From: an uncultured cyanobacterium
Lineage (GTDB): Bacteria; Cyanobacteriota; Cyanobacteriia; Pseudanabaenales; Pseudanabaenaceae
Assembly: GCA_963703315.1 (NCBI GenBank)
Contig: OY969811.1
Span: forward strand, 3,488,001-3,552,000
Length of the DNA stretch: 64,000 nucleotides
Reading direction: 5' to 3'
Positions 1 through 8,473 of this stretch are shown in pieces. Each line of letters starts with the position of its first letter. Position 1 is the stretch's first letter. The notes under the pieces are model-generated. The model worked only from the letters and a program-made list of their open reading frames with translations. It had not been told where the DNA came from and did not search any database. Position numbers and translations under genes: made by a program.

Positions 1-455
1 GGATTAGTCGGAGGATGGAAATCGATAATGATGAATTGTCCCTCTGGCGTTAGGACACGATGGACTTCTTGGATGATTTGCTGTAATTGGTGAGATTCCA
101 TTTCATGCATGGCTGTACTGGTAATCACCAGATCAAAGCTGCGATCGCTAAAAGGCATCTTTTCCGCAAAAGATTCGACATAATTGGCTTGCGGCACATT
201 TTGTTTAGCGCGTTTAATGGCGATCGGCGAAGCATCTAAACCTGTGACATTAGAAAAGTGCTTAACTAGCTCCTGCGTAGCTTGACCTGCACCACAACAG
301 AGATCGAGAACTTTTGCATCAGCATTAACTTGTAAATCCTTTAAAAATAGTTGCCGAAATCGTTTTTCTCCACCCACACTCAGCGCGGCTAATGCTGATA
401 CTGTGTCATAAAACCATTGATAGCGATAACTCCAGTCCCGTAAAATTGTCGTCAT
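1..455 (-). CDS. Class I SAM-dependent methyltransferase (partial; runs off the window start)
   Basis: Manual translation from ATG at 455: MTTILRDWSYRYQWFYD...VLDLCCGAGQAT...GLDAS...MPFSDRSFDLV...EVHRVLTPEG (SAM motif I). Start overlaps the stop of the upstream gene (ATGA). Confidence 0.85.
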   Translation of the reverse strand, partial: MTTILRDWSYRYQWFYDTVSALAALSVGGEKRFRQLFLKDLQVNADAKVLDLCCGAGQATQELVKHFSNVTGLDASPIAIKRAKQNVPQANYVESFAEKMPFSDRSFDLVITSTAMHEMESHQLQQIIQEVHRVLTPEGQFIIIDFHPPTN

Positions 456-871
456 TTAGTAAGTTCTATCCATTGTAAAAGGTTGTTAGAGAGACTACAC
501 TTTTTTCTAGTGCTAGGATCAATACAGATATGTTTGGTGAGTGCCTTAGCGATCGCCTTTTTTGCTAAATCTGTATCAAAAAATAATTGATATGCAACTT
601 GAAAAGATTCAGGACTTAGCAAAGTTGTTGCTAGTGAAATCGCGATGCGATCGCCACAAAACATTGGCTTAAAAAAATCAATGCTGGCGTGAGTAATCGG
701 AACGGCGATCGTTTCTCCTCGAAAGAAAGATTTCAGATCAATTCCTGATGCAGCTAGTGAAGCCTCATACGCTTCATGGCAAAGGGATAAGCCATTGGCA
801 AAATAGACAACTCCTGCCGCATCAGTATCACGGAAGTGGATTGTCCGATGGTAAATAAAAGATTGATGCAT
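452..871 (-). CDS. Hotdog-fold acyl-CoA thioesterase, probably 1,4-dihydroxy-2-naphthoyl-CoA hydrolase (phylloquinone pathway)
   Basis: RTIHFRDTDAAGVVYFAN...CHEAYE 4HBT-type motif; 139 aa. Confidence 0.85.
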   Translation of the reverse strand: MHQSFIYHRTIHFRDTDAAGVVYFANGLSLCHEAYEASLAASGIDLKSFFRGETIAVPITHASIDFFKPMFCGDRIAISLATTLLSPESFQVAYQLFFDTDLAKKAIAKALTKHICIDPSTRKKCSLSNNLLQWIELTK

Positions 872-911
872 ACGTTACTCACACGAAACAGGTACTTTGT
901 GCCTATTTTGT

Positions 912-1946
912 TTATGCTCTTCCCATTACCTCTGCCATGCGATGGACTTGCACCATAAGCTTGTCAAAAGCATCAAAGGTGAGAGACTGGGGACCATCGG
1001 ATAAAGCTTTTTTGGGATTGGGATGGACTTCGATCATTAAGGAATCTACCCCCGCAGCGATCGAGGCTAAACTCATTGATGGTACATAATCCGACCAACC
1101 CGTACCATGACTAGGATCGATCATGATTGGCAAATGGGTTAGCTTGCGTAATACAGGAATTGCCGCTAGGTCTAGAGTGTTACGAGTATATTCGCGATCA
1201 AAAGTTCTAATTCCTCTCTCACAAAGAATGACATTCGGATTTCCCTCCGCCAGAATATATTCTGCTGCCATCAGCCAATCATCAATGGTGGCGGCTAATC
1301 CACGCTTCAGTAAGATGGGTTTATTCTGTTTGCCTACTTGCTTTAACAATGAGAAGTTCTGCATATTTCGCGCACCAATTTGCAGCACATCTGCAACTTC
1401 CGCGATTTTATCAATATCGCCTGTATCCATTACTTCTGTAATGATTCCCAAACCACTAGCTTCTCTGGCAGCAGCGAGAAGTGATAGAGCGCTTTCACCA
1501 TGTCCCTGAAAAGCATAGGGAGAAGTACGTGGTTTATAGGCTCCACCTCGAAGAAACTGTGCGCCCGATGCCTTGACTCTGATTGCTGTTTCCACAATCA
1601 TTTCTTCATTCTCCACCGAGCAAGGTCCCGCCACAACGACCAAAGGCTGATTCTCGCCGATCGCTACATCACCATTAGGAGTAGGCACAATAACTACGCT
1701 CGATTCATTTTGGCGATATTCTCGACTCGCACGCTTAAAAGGACGTTCCACTCGTAAAACTACCTCAATCCAAGGGCTTAATTCTTCAATGCGATGGCGA
1801 TCGAGGTCGGCAGTCTCGCCAACAAGTCCTAACACAACTTTATGTTTGCCAACAATTCTTTCAGGTGATAATCCCCAACTAGATAGTTCGTCACAGATCC
1901 GTTCAACTTCTTCTGCGGGTGTACCAATCTTGGTTACTACGATCAC
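912..1946 (-). CDS. aroF: 3-deoxy-7-phosphoheptulonate (DAHP) synthase, type I-beta
   Basis: AGPCSVE, RGGAYKPRTSPYAFQG, QIGARNMQNF, CERGIRTF, DPSHGTG and SDGPQSL motifs. Confidence 0.95.
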   Translation of the reverse strand: MIVVTKIGTPAEEVERICDELSSWGLSPERIVGKHKVVLGLVGETADLDRHRIEELSPWIEVVLRVERPFKRASREYRQNESSVVIVPTPNGDVAIGENQPLVVVAGPCSVENEEMIVETAIRVKASGAQFLRGGAYKPRTSPYAFQGHGESALSLLAAAREASGLGIITEVMDTGDIDKIAEVADVLQIGARNMQNFSLLKQVGKQNKPILLKRGLAATIDDWLMAAEYILAEGNPNVILCERGIRTFDREYTRNTLDLAAIPVLRKLTHLPIMIDPSHGTGWSDYVPSMSLASIAAGVDSLMIEVHPNPKKALSDGPQSLTFDAFDKLMVQVHRMAEVMGRA

Positions 1947-2159
1947 AGTTAGTCTCCTTTAATTTATATGTATCTGTTTATATGTATCTGTCTCTATTCT
2001 ATACATTAGTTATTGATAGAGATTGATTTTTAAATTGTTTCTGTCTTAAGAGCTATTTTAGGAATGCTTGCATCGCAAATTGCTAGACTCCCAGTGCTAA
2101 TATATAAAATGTTACAAAAGTATATGAATAGCATTAGCTAGAGCTAGGTAGTTACAAAT

Positions 2160-3035
2160 ATGGCAGTCAAACCTGATTGGTTGCGAGTAAAAGCCCCTCA
2201 GTGGGAGCGCGTGGGTAATGTTAAAGAAGTCCTACGCGACTTGGGGCTAAATACTGTATGTGAAGAAGCATCCTGCCCAAATATTGGCGAATGCTTCAAC
2301 CAAGGGACTGCCACATTCTTGATTATGGGACCTGCTTGCACCCGTGCTTGTCCTTACTGTGACATTGATTTTGAAAAGAAGCCGCAAGCTCTCGATCCGA
2401 TGGAACCGATTAACCTCGGTGAAGCAGTACGGCGCATGAATCTTAAACACGTAGTTGTTACTTCCGTTAATCGTGATGATCTGCCCGATGGTGGTGCTTC
2501 GCAGTTTGTGCGCTGCATCGAAGAAATTCGTAAATTAATGCCGCAGACTACGATCGAACTTCTCATTCCTGATCTCTGTGCTAATTGGGAAGCTCTAGAA
2601 ACTATTCTATCAGCACGTCCTCATGTGCTTAATCACAATACCGAAACTGTACCAAGACTTTATCGTAAAGTGCGTCCACAGGGAGATTATCAGCGTAGTT
2701 TGGAACTGTTGCGCCGCGCCCGTGAAATTGCGCCTTGGGTCTATACCAAGTCTGGAATTATGGTCGGTATGAGCGAAACCCATGAGGAGGTTTTGGAGGT
2801 AATGCGCGATTTGAGAACTGTAGATTGCGACATCATTACTATTGGTCAGTATTTACAACCTTCCGCTAAGCATTTGACTCTGCATGAGTTTGTTACACCG
2901 CAACAGTTTGAGGCATGGCGGGTCGCGGGTAAAGAAATGGGATTTTTGCAAGTTGTATCTTCGCCACTGACACGCAGTTCCTATCATGCGGAGCAGGTGC
3001 AAGCATTGATGAAGTTATATCCGAAAGAAGTGTAG
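2160..3035 (+). CDS. lipA: Lipoyl synthase
   Basis: [12 protein letters not shown] and radical-[11 protein letters not shown] clusters; C-terminal RSSYHA. Confidence 0.97.
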   Translation: MAVKPDWLRVKAPQWERVGNVKEVLRDLGLNTVCEEASCPNIGECFNQGTATFLIMGPACTRACPYCDIDFEKKPQALDPMEPINLGEAVRRMNLKHVVVTSVNRDDLPDGGASQFVRCIEEIRKLMPQTTIELLIPDLCANWEALETILSARPHVLNHNTETVPRLYRKVRPQGDYQRSLELLRRAREIAPWVYTKSGIMVGMSETHEEVLEVMRDLRTVDCDIITIGQYLQPSAKHLTLHEFVTPQQFEAWRVAGKEMGFLQVVSSPLTRSSYHAEQVQALMKLYPKEV

Positions 3036-3051
3036 TGATAATTAAGAAATT

Positions 3052-3094
3052 GCGATCGCCTCTTCTGCTAATTATTTAATTAAGGGGCGATCGC
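3052..3094. repeat. HIP1-bounded ~41-bp element, copy 1 (direct repeat with 3703-3742)
   Basis: gcGATCGCCTCTTcTGCTAATTATTTAATTAaggGGCGATCGC; a near-identical copy lies at 3703-3742. Confidence 0.85.
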
Positions 3095-3200
3095 GGTTTC
3101 ACACTATTGGCTGGGTTGAAAGTTACAATAATCGCGATTGCGTGAGGGCTTCAGTTGTAGGTTGTATAATAATTTTGAAAGTTGCTAAGGACTAAAAAAC

Positions 3201-3431
3201 ATGACTACTGTGGAGCTTCGGCATCAAATTGTAGAATATATAGATTGCTTGTCTCCCGAAAAACTTAGGGTTGCTGTAGATTTTTTAGCATATCTTGCAG
3301 AACGTGAGAGCCAAGAAGCAACTGAAGAGTTATTGAAGATTCCTAGATTTATAGAGTCTTTGGAAAAAGCTGAGTCTAAAATCAATTCAGGAAGTTATCG
3401 CAACTGGAGAGATATTCGCAGAGATGTATGA
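3201..3431 (+). CDS. Putative antitoxin (DUF2281-like small acidic protein)
   Basis: 76 aa; VDFLAYLAERESQEATEELLKIP; overlaps the downstream RelE-like gene. Confidence 0.75.
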   Translation: MTTVELRHQIVEYIDCLSPEKLRVAVDFLAYLAERESQEATEELLKIPRFIESLEKAESKINSGSYRNWRDIRRDV

Positions 3432-3687
3432 AGTACGTTTGTCATTGGAGGCACAGAGTTTTTATAATAAGACTTCGATCGCAACTGTCAAAAAAATCAA
3501 TAGGTGTTTGCTGATTTTAGAACAAGATCCATATAGTCATCCAAATATTACTGCTTTGAGAGGGAATCTCGCAGGGCGCTACCGTTATCGGATTGGAGAC
3601 TATCGAATATTGTATTTGGTTGATGAAGAATTAAAGGTGGTATTCGTTACTTTAATTGCTCATCGTAGTAAGGTTTATGACGACTAA
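3424..3687 (+). CDS. RelE/ParE-family toxin
   Basis: 87 aa; LRGNLAGRYRYRIGDYRILY...IAHRSKVY RelE signature. Confidence 0.9.
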   Translation: MYEVRLSLEAQSFYNKTSIATVKKINRCLLILEQDPYSHPNITALRGNLAGRYRYRIGDYRILYLVDEELKVVFVTLIAHRSKVYDD

Positions 3688-3702
3688 TACTTATCTCAAC
3701 AT

Positions 3703-3742
3703 GATCGCCTCTTATGCTAATTATTTAATTACGGGCGATCGC
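3703..3742. repeat. HIP1-bounded ~40-bp element, copy 2
   Basis: GATCGCCTCTTaTGCTAATTATTTAATTAcgGGCGATCGC; matches 3054-3094. Confidence 0.85.
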
Positions 3743-3781
3743 TTATGATGTTTAAATGTAAGGTGCGGAGGTTGAAATTCA

Positions 3782-4075
3782 GTGAAAACTAAGGATGAGG
3801 TGTTAAGGGTTTTAAGCGATCGCAAGCCATTATTATTACAGAATTATCAAATTTCTGGTTTAGGTTTGTTTGGTTCCTACGCGAGGGGTTCGCAAACAGA
3901 GTCAAGTGATGTAGATGTCTTGGTGGATTATGAGAAAGCGCCTAGTTTGTTTAAGTTGTTAGAGCTGCGCGATTATTTGAGTGATTTGTTAGGAATGAAG
4001 GTGGATGTTGTGACTCGTAATGGATTGAAGTCTAGAATTAGGGAGAGGGTTTTGGCTGAGGTGATTTATTTATGA
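3782..4075 (+). CDS. Minimal nucleotidyltransferase (MNT antitoxin family)
   Basis: GLFGSYARG...SDVDVLVD; GTG start. Confidence 0.9.
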   Translation: MKTKDEVLRVLSDRKPLLLQNYQISGLGLFGSYARGSQTESSDVDVLVDYEKAPSLFKLLELRDYLSDLLGMKVDVVTRNGLKSRIRERVLAEVIYL

Positions 4076-4422
4076 CTATTACGATAGATACTGTAACGGT
4101 TGATGTATATAGGAAGGTATGCGATCGCTTGAATGTTGTTGAGGATGACATTATTAAATTTTGTCAAAGGTGGAAAATCGTGGAGTTTGGTGTGTTTGGT
4201 TCGGTTTTGAGGGATGATTTTCGGTGTGATAGTGATGTAGATGTTTTGGTCACTTTTGATGCAAAGATTCAGCCGAGACTAGCGGATAGATTGAATATGC
4301 AGGAAGAGATTGAGGCTTTGTTTCATCGTCCTGTTGATATAGTTCAAAGGTGTTTGCTCAAAAATCCTTATATGCGTTCGGAGATTTTACGTTCTTGTTT
4401 GATGATTTATGCCGATAAGTAA
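4072..4422 (+). CDS. Minimal nucleotidyltransferase (MNT antitoxin family), second copy
   Basis: VFGSVLRDDFRCDSDVDVLV. Confidence 0.9.
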   Translation: MTITIDTVTVDVYRKVCDRLNVVEDDIIKFCQRWKIVEFGVFGSVLRDDFRCDSDVDVLVTFDAKIQPRLADRLNMQEEIEALFHRPVDIVQRCLLKNPYMRSEILRSCLMIYADK

Positions 4423-4762
4423 TAAAGACGCTACTTCATTATGGGAAATTGTAAGGGCTATTGAGTATATTCAGGCTTTTACTGTTGGTATGAGCTATGA
4501 TGACTACCTTGCAGATAATTTGGTGCAAAGTGGTGTTGAGCGCAAGTTTGAGATTATTGGTGAGGCGGTGCGGCGGTTGTCTGATGATTTTAGGCAGGAG
4601 CATTCTGAGATAGATTGGCGTGAGTTAATCGGTGTGCGAAATATTATTGCTCATCGCTATGATCAAGTAGATCAGGCTATTTTGTGGGATGCGATTGAGT
4701 CTGTGTTGCCTGTTTTGATAGAGCAAGTAAGGGTTTTATTGCCTCCAATTGCAGATGTTTAG
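4409..4762 (+). CDS. HEPN-domain RNase toxin (DUF86/HepT family)
   Basis: ERKFEIIGEA and RNIIAHRY (RX4H) motifs. Confidence 0.9.
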   Translation: MPISNKDATSLWEIVRAIEYIQAFTVGMSYDDYLADNLVQSGVERKFEIIGEAVRRLSDDFRQEHSEIDWRELIGVRNIIAHRYDQVDQAILWDAIESVLPVLIEQVRVLLPPIADV

Positions 4763-4804
4763 TGAGTATGTGTTTGTTTGCAAATTTAGGAGTGAGGTTG
4801 GGTT

Positions 4805-6211
4805 ATGAGTGATGATTTGCCGATGGGGTGGGATAGAGCTTTTTTAGGTGATGTGTGTGAAATTGCTAGAGGCGGCTCACCAAGACCTATTCAAAAATAT
4901 TTGACTGATGATCCAGAGGGAATAAATTGGATCAAAATTTCAGATGCAACTGAAAGTGAAAAGTATATTTTTAAAACAAAGCAGAAAATCACCCGTGATG
5001 GTATTTCTAATTCCAGATTAGTTAAAGATGGTGATTTCATTCTATCCAATTCAATGAGTTTTGGAAGACCGTATATTGTTCGTACCGAAGGCTGTATTCA
5101 TGACGGATGGCTGGTTTTAAGTGTCAATGATGAAGTATTTAATCCTGATTATCTTTATTGTTTTCTTGGATCACAAGAGGCTTACAGTCAATTCAATAGT
5201 AAAGCTGCTGGATCAACTGTTCGGAACTTGAATATAGAAATAGTTAAAACTGTTGAAGCTATAGTTCCGCCACTTAATGAACAACGGCGGATTGTGGATA
5301 AGTTGGATCGGATAGGCGATCGCCACCGCACGGCGCGTAATGAGTTAAGCCACATCCCAAAACTAATTGCGCGTTACAAACAAGCTGTTTTAGCTGCTGC
5401 TTTTCGCGGCGATTTAACCGCAGATTGGAGAAATCAAAATAACGAAATAATTCTTGATTCAGAAGAATTTTTGTTTGTTAACTACTCAAATGAATATGAA
5501 TTCCCTGATTTGCCTAATTCATGGATTTTATCTTGTATTGATAAAATTGGAAACGTAAAAGGAGGCAAACGATTACCTAAAGGAGAAAAACTAGTTGATT
5601 GGAACACAGGCTTTCCTTACATAAGAGCAGGTAATCTAAAAAATGGAACTGTAGTTACTTATGAATTACTTTTTGTGACTGAAGACATAAGAAAAGTAAT
5701 TAGGAACTATACGGTTTCTTCGGGAGACGTTTACATTACCATAGTTGGAGCTTGTATAGGTGATGCAGGAATTATTCCTAAGAATTTGGATGGAGCTAAT
5801 TTAACAGAGAATGCAGCCAAAATATGTGATTTAAAACAATGTGACAATCAGTATTTAGCATTATGGTTACGTTCATCTATATGCCAAGATATAATTAATC
5901 ATAAAACTCTTTCAGCGGCACAAGGGAAACTCGCATTAACAAGAATTAAAACAATACCAATTCCATTGACACCACTCGAAGAACAGAAGGAAATTGTTCG
6001 GCGAGTTGAGAAGATGTTTGAGAAGATAGACATGATGGAGCAGGAATATCAAAAAGCGGCGAAACTTTGCGACAGATTGGAACAGGCGACATTAGCAAAA
6101 GCATTTCGTGGTGACCTCGTACCTCAAGACCCTAACGATGAGCCAGCATCAGTTCTGTTGGAACAAGTAAAAAGTCAAAAGAAAAAAGGGAAAATTAAAT
6201 CTAAGAAATAG
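4805..6211 (+). CDS. hsdS: Type I restriction-modification specificity subunit
   Basis: Two TRDs separated by the conserved PPLNEQRRIV...AFRGDLTADWR region; second PLEEQKEIV; C-terminal AFRGDLVPQDPNDEPASVLLE. Confidence 0.93.
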   Translation: MSDDLPMGWDRAFLGDVCEIARGGSPRPIQKYLTDDPEGINWIKISDATESEKYIFKTKQKITRDGISNSRLVKDGDFILSNSMSFGRPYIVRTEGCIHDGWLVLSVNDEVFNPDYLYCFLGSQEAYSQFNSKAAGSTVRNLNIEIVKTVEAIVPPLNEQRRIVDKLDRIGDRHRTARNELSHIPKLIARYKQAVLAAAFRGDLTADWRNQNNEIILDSEEFLFVNYSNEYEFPDLPNSWILSCIDKIGNVKGGKRLPKGEKLVDWNTGFPYIRAGNLKNGTVVTYELLFVTEDIRKVIRNYTVSSGDVYITIVGACIGDAGIIPKNLDGANLTENAAKICDLKQCDNQYLALWLRSSICQDIINHKTLSAAQGKLALTRIKTIPIPLTPLEEQKEIVRRVEKMFEKIDMMEQEYQKAAKLCDRLEQATLAKAFRGDLVPQDPNDEPASVLLEQVKSQKKKGKIKSKK

Positions 6212-6220
6212 GTTTGCACG

Positions 6221-6423
6221 GTAGGGGTTGAGCATTTGCGCCACAATTGCCAAACACACCACAAAAAAACTAAATTCGCAAATGCTCAACCCTCTATGCT
6301 TTAACCGACAAATTATTCTTGCGGATTGAGATTTTGTGCAAAATTTCGAGGCTTGGGCATAGCATTCCCCAATGTAGAGCATCGAAGGAGTTAAAGATTG
6401 TCGCGGGAATGCTATGCCCCTAC
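6221..6423. repeat. Two REP doublets (REPIN-like, GTAG-type)
   Basis: GTAGGGGTTGAGCATTTGCG...CGCAAATGCTCAACCCTCTA (6221-6296) and GGGCATAGCATTCCC...GGGAATGCTATGCCCCTAC (6355-6423); inverted arms with spacers. Confidence 0.7.
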
Positions 6424-6494
6424 AGTGATGTCATGTTTGGCGAACCTAATTTCAAGGCTATAATTATGAAATCTTTGGATAGGAGAACAAGCAA

Positions 6495-6719
6495 ATGCAA
6501 GTTAGTTATCGGCTTAATGCCAACGAACTAGACATTAGATTTATCGAAAGCCTGAAAGCCGCGTTTCAAGGCAAAGAAATTGAAATTCTAGTTTATGAAC
6601 AAGACGAAACACAATTTTTGTTAGCCGATCCCATCAATCGCACAAAATTACTTACAGCAGTTGAGAACATAAAAAATCGTGAAAATCTGGTCGAGGTTAG
6701 CTGGGATAGCCTTCCATGA
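6495..6719 (+). CDS. Putative antitoxin (YefM-like C-terminal helix)
   Basis: DETQFLLADPINRTKLLTAVE motif; overlaps the downstream Txe/YoeB gene. Confidence 0.78.
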   Translation: MQVSYRLNANELDIRFIESLKAAFQGKEIEILVYEQDETQFLLADPINRTKLLTAVENIKNRENLVEVSWDSLP

Positions 6720-6982
6720 AAAGACTTATTTTATTTGAAGCCGATGCCTTTGAGGACTTTAATGAATGGGCAAAAAGCGATCGCAAAATTTACAACAAGA
6801 TTGCTGAACTAATCAAAGACATTGAGCGTAATCCATACTTAGGAATAGGCAAACCAGAACCACTCAAGTATGAACTAAGCGGTTTCTGGTCAAGACGGAT
6901 CACGGATGAACATAGACTAATTTATCAAGTTAGCGATCGTGAAATTTTGATTGCCGCCTGTAAAAGCCACTATAAGAAATAG
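6716..6982 (+). CDS. Txe/YoeB-family toxin
   Basis: GIGKPEPLKYELSGFWSRRITDEHRLIY...CKSHY. Confidence 0.93.
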   Translation: MKRLILFEADAFEDFNEWAKSDRKIYNKIAELIKDIERNPYLGIGKPEPLKYELSGFWSRRITDEHRLIYQVSDREILIAACKSHYKK

Positions 6983-7002
6983 TCAGTACAAGGAAAAATT
7001 AA

Positions 7003-7700
7003 ATGGAAATACAATCAGCTAACTTTGGATTTTTACGCCAACATGACCAACAAATCGTCAAACTCGCCGCCCTAGCTGAGCAGTTTTTCCATAGCGACAG
7101 CAACACCTGCATCATCAAACTGCGTCAATATGCCGAACGCCTTGCCAAACTCATCGCCGCCAACACAGGGCTGTACCAATCGTCAGACGAAGCCTAAGTC
7201 GAACTATTAAAAAGATTGAAACTAGAAAATGTCATTTCTAAAGAAGTTACTGACCTCTTCCATTTAATTAGAATCGCAGGCAATAAAGCCGTTCATAACA
7301 AAAGTACAACCAACACAAACGAAGCCCTAACTCTATTACAAACCGCCCAACAATTAGGAATATGGTTTCATCGCACCTTTAGCGATCGCAACTTCAAGAG
7401 CAAAGCATTTATCCCACCCTCCGACACCACCACCCAACGAAATGCCGAACTAAAGGCAAAAATAGAAGAATTAGAAAAGATAATCACCGATACCCAAATT
7501 GCCAATCAACACCCCACCACCAAACAAACTGCGGCAATCATTGAACGTGGTGAAGCTGCATCCAAAACTATAGACCTCAATGAAGATCAAACCAGAGCGC
7601 TAATCGATCAACAACTACGCGATCGCGGTTGGGAAGTGGACAGCGAAAACCTGCGCTATAGCCAAGGCTTTCGCCCCACCAAAGGCAAATTGACAAACCT
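7003..7700 (+). pseudogene. hsdR: Type I restriction enzyme R subunit, N-terminal fragment (DUF4145 region); in-frame stop and 3' truncation
   Basis: ORFs 7003-7197 and 7216-7836 share a frame, separated by TAA at 7195-7197 (reads ...SDEA*VELLKRLKLEN...). Motifs SANFGFL, IRIAGNKAVH and LNEDQTRALIDQQLRDRGWEVDSENLRYSQGFRPTKGK. Similarity stops before the nuclease/helicase domains. Confidence 0.85.
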
Positions 7701-7832
7701 CATCAAAAACAACCGATCGCCTCTAACATCCCTACTTTCACCACACAAGCGATCGTCCCTTTTAAAGATATTGTCGCAAATATGCCAAATAAGGTATATT
7801 AGATATGAGTCAACAAATCAGAAAACAAATAA

Positions 7833-8126
7833 ATGACCCAGAATCAAGTTACTGAAGTTATTCAAAGTGGGGCGAATGTATTTGAGGATTTGGGATTTGC
7901 ACCTGAAGAGGCTCTTAATCTCAAAATTCGGGCTGACTTGATGTTGAATATTAAGCGATTCATTCAGTCTCAAGGATGGACTCAAAAGCAAGCTGCTTTG
8001 TTTTTTGGTGAAACTCAACCTCGGATTAGCGATTTGATCAATGGTGATATTGAGAGGTTTAGTATTGATAAATTGGTGATAATGTTGGTGCGTGCGGGTA
8101 TGGATGTGAGGTTTGAGGTAAGTTGA
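7833..8126 (+). CDS. XRE/HigA-type HTH antitoxin (no adjacent cognate toxin)
   Basis: SGANVFEDLGF...TQKQAALFFGETQPRISDLINGDIERFSIDKL. Confidence 0.88.
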   Translation: MTQNQVTEVIQSGANVFEDLGFAPEEALNLKIRADLMLNIKRFIQSQGWTQKQAALFFGETQPRISDLINGDIERFSIDKLVIMLVRAGMDVRFEVS

Positions 8127-8231
8127 CTCAAGATGATCGTTTTACCTTCGTGAATAAGAACTAGGCAAAAAAAGCTGAATCAAGGTAATAATGGATGTAT
8201 CGTAATTCTTCAATAACAAGAGGTCTAAGCC

Positions 8232-8471
8232 ATGACTGAATTACTTGAACGTGTGATTGAACAATTAAAAATACTTCCTGCGGATGAACAAGATGCGATC
8301 GCTACTCGTTTTTTAGCAGAAATAGAAGACGAACGTGCTTGGAAAGCTAGTTTTTCTAAGACAACTGATGATCAATGGAATAGGCTGGCTGCTATGGTGC
8401 GCCAAGAAATTAATGCTGGAGAATTTTCACCATTAGATGAGTTATTCTCTTCTAAGCCAAATAATCACTAG
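8232..8471 (+). CDS. Small acidic hypothetical protein, putative antitoxin
   Basis: MTELLERVIEQLKILPADEQDAIA...EDERAW; GAGG RBS upstream. Confidence 0.7.
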   Translation: MTELLERVIEQLKILPADEQDAIATRFLAEIEDERAWKASFSKTTDDQWNRLAAMVRQEINAGEFSPLDELFSSKPNNH

Positions 8472-8473
8472 TT

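Noticed and set aside
1962..1991. Tandem duplication TTTATATGTATCTG x2 in the aroF-lipA intergenic region
   Set aside because: Only two low-complexity copies; most likely slippage, with no evidence of function.
6149..6531. Short ORFs 6149-6382 (-) and 6319-6531 (+)
   Set aside because: They span REP doublets and overlap real genes; no protein motifs.
7216..7836. ORF treated as an independent 206-aa gene
   Set aside because: It is the in-frame continuation of the interrupted hsdR; its last ~45 codons are read-through into non-coding DNA.
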